Of a stretch of DNA of 64,000 bases, positions 1 to 8,361 are shown in pieces (position 1 is the stretch's first letter; every line of letters starts with the position of its first letter). The DNA comes from Candidatus Latescibacterota bacterium (lineage in GTDB: Bacteria; Latescibacterota; UBA2968; UBA8231): contig CBDETY010000003.1 of the NCBI GenBank assembly GCA_965243025.1, positions 1,568,001 to 1,632,000 of the forward strand, read 5' to 3'. The position numbers and the translations under genes were made by a program. A model generated the notes under the pieces. It was not told the origin of the DNA, did not search any database, and was given only the letters and a program-made list of their open reading frames with translations.

Positions 1-1
1 C

Positions 2-448
2 CTCACCGGCATCTCCGGCACCGTGACGTTCCGGGGGGAGTGGACGGAGGATATCGGCGAGGTAGCCGTAGCCGTGTACCGCGACCTGCCCGAGGAGCCG
101 GCGGACCTGTTCGGTCTCAGCGGCACCGACCAGGACGTCCCCCTCGGAAGCCGCAGCTACGAGTACTTCGTGCCCCTCGAAAGGGAAGGGGTGTACAGCT
201 GGATCATCGTCGCCTGGCGGCGGCCCGACGCCTTCTGGGACTTCACCTCTCTCCTCGGGTGCTACCACGTGGAAGGGGATTCGCTTCCCGGGGCGGTCGA
301 AGTTTCTCCCGGCCGCGTCACCAGCGGCATCGACTTCACCGTCGACCTCGGCCTGGTCGCCGATCCTCCGGAGCTCGGTTCCACTGTCTGCTCGGCGGTG
401 CTGCCCCGGGCCCTGATCGAGGCCGTCCGGGAAGGATCGCAGGGATGA
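2..448 (+). CDS. Hypothetical (probably exported/lipo-) protein, 5'-truncated by the window edge
   Basis: Frame is open from the window start (LTGISGTVTFRGEW...). Its stop overlaps the ATG of the TonB receptor (ATGA, 445-448). Confidence 0.75.
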   Translation, partial: LTGISGTVTFRGEWTEDIGEVAVAVYRDLPEEPADLFGLSGTDQDVPLGSRSYEYFVPLEREGVYSWIIVAWRRPDAFWDFTSLLGCYHVEGDSLPGAVEVSPGRVTSGIDFTVDLGLVADPPELGSTVCSAVLPRALIEAVREGSQG

Positions 449-2724
449 CCCCCCGTCTCCTTCTACAGGCGCTGCTGGCGAGCAGCCTGCTTGCGTCCGC
501 CTTTGCGGCCCCGGGGACCGGCGCCGAGATCAGCGGGCGGGTTGCGGCGGCAGGCGACAGCACCGCCCTCGCCGGGGCGACCGTGTACCTGGAAAGGACC
601 GGGCAGGGTTCACTTGCAGGGGAGGGAGGCAGCTTCCGGTTCGCGGCCGAGCCGGGGAGGCAGCTTCTCATCGTCTCTTTTGTCGGCTACTTCACCCGCA
701 CCGTTTCCATCGAGATCGGGGAAGGGGAATCACTCGATCTCGGCAGCATTCTCCTCGAGGAGTCGGCGGTGGAGCTGCCCGGAGTCGTGGTTACCGCGAC
801 CCGGAGGCCGCAGCCGTTCGCCGAGGCGCCGGTCAGCATGTCGGTGACCGGCCGCCGCGAGCTTTCCGGTTTCAACTCCTTCAGCCTGTCCGGGCCGCTG
901 CGCCATCTGCCCGGTGTCACCCAGGTCGGAAGCCAGGTCAGCATTCGCGGGTCGAGCGGGTACAGCCGCGGCACCGGCAGCCGCGTGCTGCTGCTTTTCG
1001 ACGGGGTCCCGGCGCTTTCCGCCGATCAGGGGGACATCAAGTGGGACATCATCCCGGTCACCGAGGTGGAGCGGGTCGAGCTGATCAAGGGGGCGGGCTC
1101 GGCCATGTACGGGACCGGCGCCCTCGGCGGCGTCATAAACGTGCTGACCCGCTCCCCCTCGGAGCTTCCCGAGACCCGCTTCCGCCTCGTCAGCGGCCTC
1201 CACGACCAGCCGGCGCACCCCTCCTGGAAGTGGCGGGACCTGATGTACCTCGGCGGCGTCGACGTCAGCCGTTCCGGCACGACCGCCGCCGGCGGCTACC
1301 TCGTCTCGGCGGGCCACAAGCGCGGCACCGGGTACCGCGAGAACAGCGAGTCGACCCGCTACAACCTGTTCGCCAAGGGGACGCGCCAGCTCGGCAGGCA
1401 TACCCGCTGGACCGGCCTGGCCAACTGGGCCCGGGACGATCACGAGGTCTTCCTCCAGTGGAAGGACCGCGCCGCCCCGCTGCTGGTGCCGGAAGGGGAC
1501 CGCGGGGCCGCCACGGTCTCCTGGAAGCTCAACCTCAACACCGAGGTGACCCACCTGGTGAACCCGGGGACCAACCTGCGGTGGCGGGGGTTCTACTTCC
1601 GCACCGACTTCGACAACACCCGGGCCGCCGGCGGCCTGGCCTCGGCGGGCCACAAGATCGGCACCGAGCTGCAGCTCGACCTCGGAGAACGGCTCGGCAG
1701 CCGCGGGGTCATCGTCGGCGCCACCGGGATCTACGACCTGGCGCGGTCCCCCGGCGATTTCCTCGGCGAGCGCACCGTGCTCAACACGGCGCTGTACGCC
1801 CAGAACGCGGTGGACTTCCGGGACCTCGAGCTCACCCTCGGCATGCGCGCCGACCTTCACCGCCGCGGGGCGGGAAAGGCCCCGGAAGCAGGGGGACCGT
1901 GCGGGTCCGCAACCGGCAACGGCCGCATCCCCGCCCACACGGAAGCCCAGTTCAGCCCCCAGGCAGGGCTGTCCTGGAAAACGGCCCCCGGCGCCATCCG
2001 GCTCTCGGCCGGCCGCGGCTTCCGGGCCCCCTCGGTCACCGAGATCCACGTCCAGGCCGACGCCTCCGGAATCCTCGTCTGCCCGAACCCCGACCTCGCC
2101 TCGGAGCACAGCTGGTCGTACGAGGCGGGAATCAGGCGGGTTATCGGAGGGGCACTGGCCATCGACGCCGCCCTGTTCTGGAACGAGTTCGAAGGCCTGA
2201 TCGAAGCCAGGCCCGAACCGACCTCCTCGGTCGTCCCGAGGGCCAGCTTCCGCAACATCTCCAGGGCCCGCATTCGCGGGCTGGAGCTCGAGCAGCAGCT
2301 GGCGCTTCCGTTCGGGGCGCTATGGAAGGGCTCCTACACCTGGGTCGACGCGGTGGAGTTCCTCGCCGAGGGGGTACCGCTGCCGCCGTACTGCCACGAC
2401 GACCTGCATCCGGGCGAGACCGCGCCGCTTCCGTACCGGTCCCGGCATTCCGTCAACTCGAGCCTGGGCATGGCCAGGGGGGCGAGCCGCGGCGGTCTCA
2501 GCTTCCGCTACATGAGCCGCTTCGAGCGGGTCTCGGGCCTGTTCGCCGAGTGCCGCCGCGACCACCTGCCGGTATACCTCGTCGACGCCTTCGTCGAGCG
2601 CCGGATCGGGCCGGCGACCCTCACCCTCCGCGTCGACAACCTGTTGCGCTACCACTACATCCTGTCCGAGCGCGAGATGCGCCCCATGCGCCGGGTGACG
2701 GCGGCGATCTCGGGGACCCTGTAG
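445..2724 (+). CDS. TonB-dependent receptor with N-terminal carboxypeptidase-regulatory-like domain
   Basis: Signal peptide MTPRLLLQALL; VSFVGY domain; TonB-box-like VVVTATR; plug motifs SIRGS and ERVELIKGAGSAMYGTGALGGVIN; barrel motifs GRGFRAPS, NPDLASE, VDNLL. Confidence 0.93.
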   Translation: MTPRLLLQALLASSLLASAFAAPGTGAEISGRVAAAGDSTALAGATVYLERTGQGSLAGEGGSFRFAAEPGRQLLIVSFVGYFTRTVSIEIGEGESLDLGSILLEESAVELPGVVVTATRRPQPFAEAPVSMSVTGRRELSGFNSFSLSGPLRHLPGVTQVGSQVSIRGSSGYSRGTGSRVLLLFDGVPALSADQGDIKWDIIPVTEVERVELIKGAGSAMYGTGALGGVINVLTRSPSELPETRFRLVSGLHDQPAHPSWKWRDLMYLGGVDVSRSGTTAAGGYLVSAGHKRGTGYRENSESTRYNLFAKGTRQLGRHTRWTGLANWARDDHEVFLQWKDRAAPLLVPEGDRGAATVSWKLNLNTEVTHLVNPGTNLRWRGFYFRTDFDNTRAAGGLASAGHKIGTELQLDLGERLGSRGVIVGATGIYDLARSPGDFLGERTVLNTALYAQNAVDFRDLELTLGMRADLHRRGAGKAPEAGGPCGSATGNGRIPAHTEAQFSPQAGLSWKTAPGAIRLSAGRGFRAPSVTEIHVQADASGILVCPNPDLASEHSWSYEAGIRRVIGGALAIDAALFWNEFEGLIEARPEPTSSVVPRASFRNISRARIRGLELEQQLALPFGALWKGSYTWVDAVEFLAEGVPLPPYCHDDLHPGETAPLPYRSRHSVNSSLGMARGASRGGLSFRYMSRFERVSGLFAECRRDHLPVYLVDAFVERRIGPATLTLRVDNLLRYHYILSEREMRPMRRVTAAISGTL

Positions 2725-2738
2725 GGCCTGACGCCCGC

Positions 2739-4466
2739 ATGGCACGCCACACGTGTTCCTGGGAGGCCTGGAGGACGGCCCTGGACCGGGGCGCCTTCCG
2801 GGATGAGTTCGCCCGCCTCCACGGGACCGGCGAAGCCCCCCTCTGGGAGCGGCGGTACGCCGGCGCCCTCGACGCCTATGCCGAATCGTACGGACGGGCC
2901 TCCCGGGTCGCGGTGGCGCGCTGCCCCGCGCAGATGAACCTCATGGGGATGCACCTCGACTACGGCGGCATGCCGTCGCTGCGCATGGCGGTCAGGGGCG
3001 CCGACGTCATCACCGTGGCCGGCCTGCCGGAAGGCTCCTTCCGGGAGACCCGGGTCCGCCTGCGCTCCATCGGCGACCGGGACGGGTGCGCCGATCGCTT
3101 CCCACCGGTCGAGCTCGACATGCGGGACATTGACCCCGGGGGGGACCTTCGTTCCCGCGAGGCGTTCATCGATTTCGCCAGCCGCGTCTGCGCCCGCCGC
3201 GAGCAGGAGACCGGGAGCAGCCTGGCCGGAGACTGGGAGGTCCTTCCCCGAGGTCAGCTCACCTACCTCTCCAGCCGCTTCCGCGGCCGCATCAGCGGAT
3301 TCGACGGGGTGCTGTGGAGCAACGTCCCGTCCGCCGGAGGGATGTCCTCCTCCTCGGCGGTGGTGGTGTCGACCGCCTTCGCCGCCATGGCCGTCAGCGG
3401 CCTGACCCCCTGGGAGGAGATGTCACGCGAGGATCTCGCCGACGGCATCGGCATCTCCGAGTGGCTGCGCGGTACCCGCGGCGGCTGCGCCGACCACGGC
3501 GGCATGATCATGGGAAGGGTTGGAGAGCTGGTGGCGGTAGGAGCGCTGCCGACCAGCGACGAAGGACGGGTCAGCCTGCCGCCGGAATACGCCGCAGTCA
3601 GCTTCGACACAGGCGTGCGGCGGCGCTACGACGAGGCCGCAAAGGACGAGACCGTGATCTCCTATCCGCTCGCCGTGTTCGCGCTGCGGGAGCTGATCCT
3701 GCCGGCCCTGGCCAGGCGAGCCGGTTTTTCCGGTCTCGCCCGCGGGGAGCGCCTGGGGCTGCTGCGGGACCTCACCCCCGAAAAACTCGGTCTTTCCCCG
3801 GCGCAGATCTTCGAGCTGCTGCGGGCGCTGCCGCGGCGCACCTCGTTGAGGGAGATGGAGCGCTGGTCCGCAAACGCCGGCAGGGAGGCCCGGTTCTCCC
3901 GCTTTCGCGGCAGCGAGGTCGGCGACCGCTATCCGCACCTGTCGGCGGACTATCCCATCCTTTTGCGCCGGCGCGCAGCTTTCGCCCTGGCCGAGCAGGA
4001 CCGGGTGCACATGATGCGGAGCTTCCTCCACCGCGGCGACATGGCCAACGCGCTGCGGTTGATCCGCCTTTCCCACTCCGGAGACCGCGACCGGGAGGTA
4101 GACGGCGAGCTGCTCGCCCGTCACGCCGCCGGGGTCGCCGCCGGGGTCGCCGCAGGAGAGGATGGCTGGCGCCTCTGCTTCCTTGCGGGAGGGTACGGGC
4201 GCATGACCCCGGAGTACGACCGGGTGGTGGGGGCGGTCAACCGCTGTCTCGTGGAGGCGGGCGGAGAGGAGGCCGGGGCGGTGCAGCGGCTCGGAGCCGG
4301 CTGGGGGGGAAGGGCCGGGGGCCTGGTGCGACGCGACTGCTTCGAGGGGAAACCGGCGGGGCAGCTGGCGGCCGCGGTCGGCGAGCGCACGGGAATCGAG
4401 CTGGAGCTGCAGTCGAGCGTCGTCGCTCCCGGAGAAGGGGCTTCGCTTCTGCAGGCCCCGTCCTGA
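2739..4466 (+). CDS. Divergent GHMP-family (galactokinase-like) sugar kinase
   Basis: PAQMNLMGMHLDY (galactokinase signature variant), P-loop VPSAGGMSSSSA, GGCADH, RLGAGWGG. Confidence 0.8.
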   Translation: MARHTCSWEAWRTALDRGAFRDEFARLHGTGEAPLWERRYAGALDAYAESYGRASRVAVARCPAQMNLMGMHLDYGGMPSLRMAVRGADVITVAGLPEGSFRETRVRLRSIGDRDGCADRFPPVELDMRDIDPGGDLRSREAFIDFASRVCARREQETGSSLAGDWEVLPRGQLTYLSSRFRGRISGFDGVLWSNVPSAGGMSSSSAVVVSTAFAAMAVSGLTPWEEMSREDLADGIGISEWLRGTRGGCADHGGMIMGRVGELVAVGALPTSDEGRVSLPPEYAAVSFDTGVRRRYDEAAKDETVISYPLAVFALRELILPALARRAGFSGLARGERLGLLRDLTPEKLGLSPAQIFELLRALPRRTSLREMERWSANAGREARFSRFRGSEVGDRYPHLSADYPILLRRRAAFALAEQDRVHMMRSFLHRGDMANALRLIRLSHSGDRDREVDGELLARHAAGVAAGVAAGEDGWRLCFLAGGYGRMTPEYDRVVGAVNRCLVEAGGEEAGAVQRLGAGWGGRAGGLVRRDCFEGKPAGQLAAAVGERTGIELELQSSVVAPGEGASLLQAPS

Positions 4467-4475
4467 GGAGGAGAG

Positions 4476-5684
4476 ATGGAACAGGAAAAGACAGGTTTGC
4501 TGCAGGGCGTCCGCGTCCTCGACCTGACCCGCGTTCTCGCCGGCCCGTTCGCCTCGATGATCCTCGCCGATTTCGGCGCCGAGGTGGTCAAGGTCGAGCT
4601 CCCCGGGGGCGGGGACGAGGCGCGCGGGTTCGGGCCTTTCGTCAACGGCGAGAGCGCCTACTTCGCCAGCGTCAACCGCGGCAAGAAGAGCGTCGCCGTC
4701 GACCTGCGCAGCGAGCGCGGGCAGGAGCTGGCGCGCGCCCTGGCCGGCAGGTGCGACCTGCTTCTCGAAAACTTCCGCCCGGGAAGCATGGCGCGCTTCG
4801 GGCTCGACTACGACAGGCTGCACGCCGAGCATCCCCGGCTGGTGTACGCCTCGATATCCGGCTTCGGGCAGACAGGTCCCTACGCCCGCCGGCCGGCATA
4901 CGACGTCATAATCCAGGCGATGAGCGGCATCGCCAGCATCACCGGTATCGACGGCCAGCCCCCGGTCAGGGTCGGCTCTTCCATAGCGGATCTCAGCGCG
5001 GCGCTCTACGGGGTAATCGGCATGGTCGCCGCCTTGACCCGGGCCCGGGAGACCGGCAAGGGGCAGCACCTCGACGTCTCCATGCTCGACTGCCAGATCG
5101 CCCTGCTCGAGAACGCCGTCGCCCGCTACGACGTCACCGGCGAGGTGCCGGCGCCCCTCGGCAGCCGCCACCCGGCGATCACGCCGTTCCAGTTCTTCCG
5201 GGCCGCGGACGGGTACCTGGTGATCGCCGCCGGCAACAACCGCCTGTGGCGGTCGCTGTGCGAGACCGTCGGCACGCCGGAGTTGTGCGGGGACGAGCGC
5301 TTCGCGACCAACGAGCTGCGCACCCGCAACCACGCCGAGATGGAAAAGCTGCTGGCGGCCCCGCTGGCGCGGCGTCCGGTGGAGGAATGGTGCGACCTTC
5401 TCGGGCAGGCGGGGGTCCCTTGCGGGCCCATCCACGACATAGGGGAGGTGGTGGCCGATCCCCACGTAGCCGCCCGCGGCGTGATCAGGCGGCAGGAGGT
5501 GCCGGCCGCGGGAGCCTCGGTCGCCGTCCCGGCCTCACCGCTGCGGTTCTCGCAGGCCGGCTGCGTGCTCGAACCGCGTCCGGCTCCGGACCTCGGGCAG
5601 CACACCGATGAAATCCTCGGGGAGATGGCCGGGGTTTCCCCGGACGAGCTCGCCCGCCTGCGGACCGAGGGCGTCATCGGTTGA
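4476..5684 (+). CDS. Class III CoA-transferase (CaiB/BaiF family)
   Basis: LQGVRVLDLTRVLAGP, LADFGAEVVKVE, NRGKKS, ENFRPG, catalytic Asp in SIAD, APDLGQHT; RBS GAGGAG. Confidence 0.95.
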   Translation: MEQEKTGLLQGVRVLDLTRVLAGPFASMILADFGAEVVKVELPGGGDEARGFGPFVNGESAYFASVNRGKKSVAVDLRSERGQELARALAGRCDLLLENFRPGSMARFGLDYDRLHAEHPRLVYASISGFGQTGPYARRPAYDVIIQAMSGIASITGIDGQPPVRVGSSIADLSAALYGVIGMVAALTRARETGKGQHLDVSMLDCQIALLENAVARYDVTGEVPAPLGSRHPAITPFQFFRAADGYLVIAAGNNRLWRSLCETVGTPELCGDERFATNELRTRNHAEMEKLLAAPLARRPVEEWCDLLGQAGVPCGPIHDIGEVVADPHVAARGVIRRQEVPAAGASVAVPASPLRFSQAGCVLEPRPAPDLGQHTDEILGEMAGVSPDELARLRTEGVIG

Positions 5685-6108
5685 GGCGACCCCCGGAGCG
5701 GGTTCCGGTGGATGGGTCCCCCGCACCGAAGCCGCCGTCAGGGCGGCGGGCGGATAGGCTTGAAAGTCGTCGAGAAGGCCGTGTCGGGTGTTCAGCCGGA
5801 GGATGCGGCGCGGCACTCGTCTCACGTCTTGGCCGGACAACGGCGGGGCGGGAACGAAAACGGGGGCCTCCACCCCATCGAAATGCTTGAAGTGGCGAGA
5901 CTTTCGAGTTGCGCTTACAGGCACAGCGACAGGGTCAGAGCTGAACGAAGATACAGCCCCGCCCGGAGGATTGCCGACGGCGGGACGAACCAGACAAAGG
6001 CAATCGCCGCCGCGCATCATGCGCGGAAAACAGTACCCATGCTTCGACATGGAGGGCACCAGAGCCAACATCCGCAACGCGGGGTAGGGCACTCGCTGCA
6101 CTTCGGGA

Positions 6109-7326
6109 CTATGCCTGCTTGCCCCCCGGCCTGCTGACGATCTTGCGCAGCGCCGATCTCGCGGACGAAACGGTTCCCGAAACAATGTCCTTCTCCGTAA
6201 TGCGCGCGAACAAAATTTCGCCGTCCTCGGCGCGATTTCGATCGTACTGAATGTAGAGGTACCCGTCCGGAGACAGGGCCACGTCCGGGTAGGAGATCCG
6301 GTGCCGCTCATCGAGCAGAAATCCGGGGCACCAGGTGGCGCCGTCGTCATCCGAAAGATAGGCGGTGAGATGCGAGCGCCTGTCGCTCCCCCGGTGAATC
6401 CCGGTACCGTGTTTGACCAGCAGCAGCCGGCCGGAGTGCAGGCGGCGAAGGTGAAACCTGCTCGACGCGGAGCGCGTTACCGACGCGATTTCGCCCTGGT
6501 TTCGGGAGGCGTTCGAAGTCAGATGTCCGATGCTCGAAGGCCTCGGTTTGCTCCAGGTGCGGCCGAAATCGGTGGAGAAACTCTCTCCGATACCGTACCT
6601 GGTGCGAGACAGCATCCAGATCGCGTTGTCGGTCCTCTCCACTACCATGTGTTCGTTGAATTCGCTGTCCGGAAAGATCACGCATCCACGCCATCCCCAG
6701 GTCCTTCCCTGGTCCGGTGAAACGAACACGCTCGCTCCTCGAACAGGATCCAGTTCGTGAAAGCAGTGTCGAAACGGTTCCGATACGTGCCACCGTTCCC
6801 ACAGCGAAACCGGAAGCATCCAGTCCCCGTTCGACAAAACGACGGGCTTGTTTATGGAGGCTCCAATGCCCACGTAGGCGGGTTCGGTCCAGATCGGTTC
6901 GCCGGCGTCCGGGTTGTCACAACGGATGTACCAGTTGCTGGCGCATCCGTCGAACATTTCAAAGGTCTGCTGGAAAAAGAACCACAGCCGGCCGATCGGA
7001 TCGCACCACAGCATGCCGACCCGCGAGCAGCGCTCACAGGGCAGATCCTTGCGGTGGGGATCGACGACGAAATCAGGCTCGGTCCAGTGTTCACCGTCGT
7101 CGTCGCTATGGGCGACGACCAGGAACGCCGCGGGGCTGTCGCCGCCGCCGACCCGGCAGGACCACAATCGTCCTCCCTGAGTCCGTTCAATGCCCTGCGC
7201 CATACCGTAATCGAGATGATCACAGCCATACTCGGGCAACGGCGAATGGTTGATGACCGGTTGCTCGCGGATCCTCTCCAGCAGCTCCCGGGTGACCATC
7301 GACTTATCCTGCATTTTCTCCGACAT
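6109..7326 (-). CDS. BNR/Asp-box (sialidase-fold) protein
   Basis: Four Asp boxes (SDDDGEHW, SPDQGRTW, STDFGRTW, SDDDGATW) and SYPD; no signal peptide. Confidence 0.85.
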   Translation of the reverse strand: MSEKMQDKSMVTRELLERIREQPVINHSPLPEYGCDHLDYGMAQGIERTQGGRLWSCRVGGGDSPAAFLVVAHSDDDGEHWTEPDFVVDPHRKDLPCERCSRVGMLWCDPIGRLWFFFQQTFEMFDGCASNWYIRCDNPDAGEPIWTEPAYVGIGASINKPVVLSNGDWMLPVSLWERWHVSEPFRHCFHELDPVRGASVFVSPDQGRTWGWRGCVIFPDSEFNEHMVVERTDNAIWMLSRTRYGIGESFSTDFGRTWSKPRPSSIGHLTSNASRNQGEIASVTRSASSRFHLRRLHSGRLLLVKHGTGIHRGSDRRSHLTAYLSDDDGATWCPGFLLDERHRISYPDVALSPDGYLYIQYDRNRAEDGEILFARITEKDIVSGTVSSARSALRKIVSRPGGKQA

Positions 7327-7352
7327 CTACCGCCTTGCCGCAGGAGAACCGG

Positions 7353-8351
7353 CTACATCCAGTCGATCGCGACCCCGGTCTCCCCGGCCAGCACGTCGAG
7401 GCGCCCGGCATCCTCCGTGCCTATGCGGATGCCGCTCTCCCGCTGATCCTTCTCAAGGCGGTCCTCGACGGCTCCCGGCAGGGTCGTCTCGCCGTATCCC
7501 GGCAGCGGAACCATCTGCTCGCGGGCGAGGCGGACCATCTCGTCGATGCCGTGCCGGAATTCTTCCGGCGGGCAGAAGAGGCCGATGTCCATGACCCAGA
7601 CCATGCCTCCGAGCCTGGCGGACGGGTATCTCCGCCTGGTCTCCCGGCAGGCCTCGCCGGCGAGGCCGACGAAAACACCTCCGAGGGCTGAGGCGACCGC
7701 GGTGTACCCCATCGACTTGAAGAAAGCTGCCGGGATGAGGGTTCCCAGGGCATCGTACTGCGGTCCGCGCCAGTCGTCGGCCATGATGCAGGTGGCGCAG
7801 TCGAGGACGACGGGGGACTCCGAGGCGCTCGGGAGGCCGAAGCTGAGCGGCGGGTTGCCGTAGTACATCGCCCGTTTTCCCTCGTTCGATTCGTAGTACT
7901 GCGGGTAGGCCCCCTGCACCGAGAAGGCGGTGCAGCCCTCCTCCATGGCGCGGCGGACGTAATGCCCGGCCGAGCCGTAGTGGCCGATGTTGCAGGCGGC
8001 TCCGACCGCGACCCCCCTGTCGCGGGCCTTCCGGACCGCGGCCTCGGTCGCCATCATCATCGGGGAGTACCCCAGGCCGCCTCCGCCGTCGATATGGATC
8101 GCCGCGTCCGTCTCCTTGAGGACGCGGATCTCCGGGTCTGTGTTGACCGCCCCGCCCCGAAGGGCGCCGCAGTACCCGCCGAGGGCGCGGGTCCCGTGGG
8201 AGCGCACCCCGCGCAGGTCGGAGTTGACGAGGCAGCGGGCCAGCAGCGAGGCCTGGTCGCCCGGCATGCCCGCATGCTGCAGGCAGGCGGTTGCGAAGAT
8301 CAGCAGTTCTCTTTCGGCGATGCGTCTGAATTCATCCGGGGGTCGGTTCAT
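7353..8351 (-). CDS. Ldh_2 family (type 2 malate/L-lactate dehydrogenase-like) oxidoreductase
   Basis: DLRGVRSHG, DGGGGLG, GHYGSAGHY, LPG near the C-terminus. Confidence 0.88.
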   Translation of the reverse strand: MNRPPDEFRRIAERELLIFATACLQHAGMPGDQASLLARCLVNSDLRGVRSHGTRALGGYCGALRGGAVNTDPEIRVLKETDAAIHIDGGGGLGYSPMMMATEAAVRKARDRGVAVGAACNIGHYGSAGHYVRRAMEEGCTAFSVQGAYPQYYESNEGKRAMYYGNPPLSFGLPSASESPVVLDCATCIMADDWRGPQYDALGTLIPAAFFKSMGYTAVASALGGVFVGLAGEACRETRRRYPSARLGGMVWVMDIGLFCPPEEFRHGIDEMVRLAREQMVPLPGYGETTLPGAVEDRLEKDQRESGIRIGTEDAGRLDVLAGETGVAIDWM

Positions 8352-8361
8352 CGCGGCCCTT

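Noticed and set aside
40-5611. Long overlapping ORFs (730-2109, 3314-5611, 3423-5465 and the N-terminal extensions of 40-2724 and 1041-4466)
   Set aside because: Arg/Gly/Pro-rich shadow frames expected at high GC; the real genes start at 445 and 2739.
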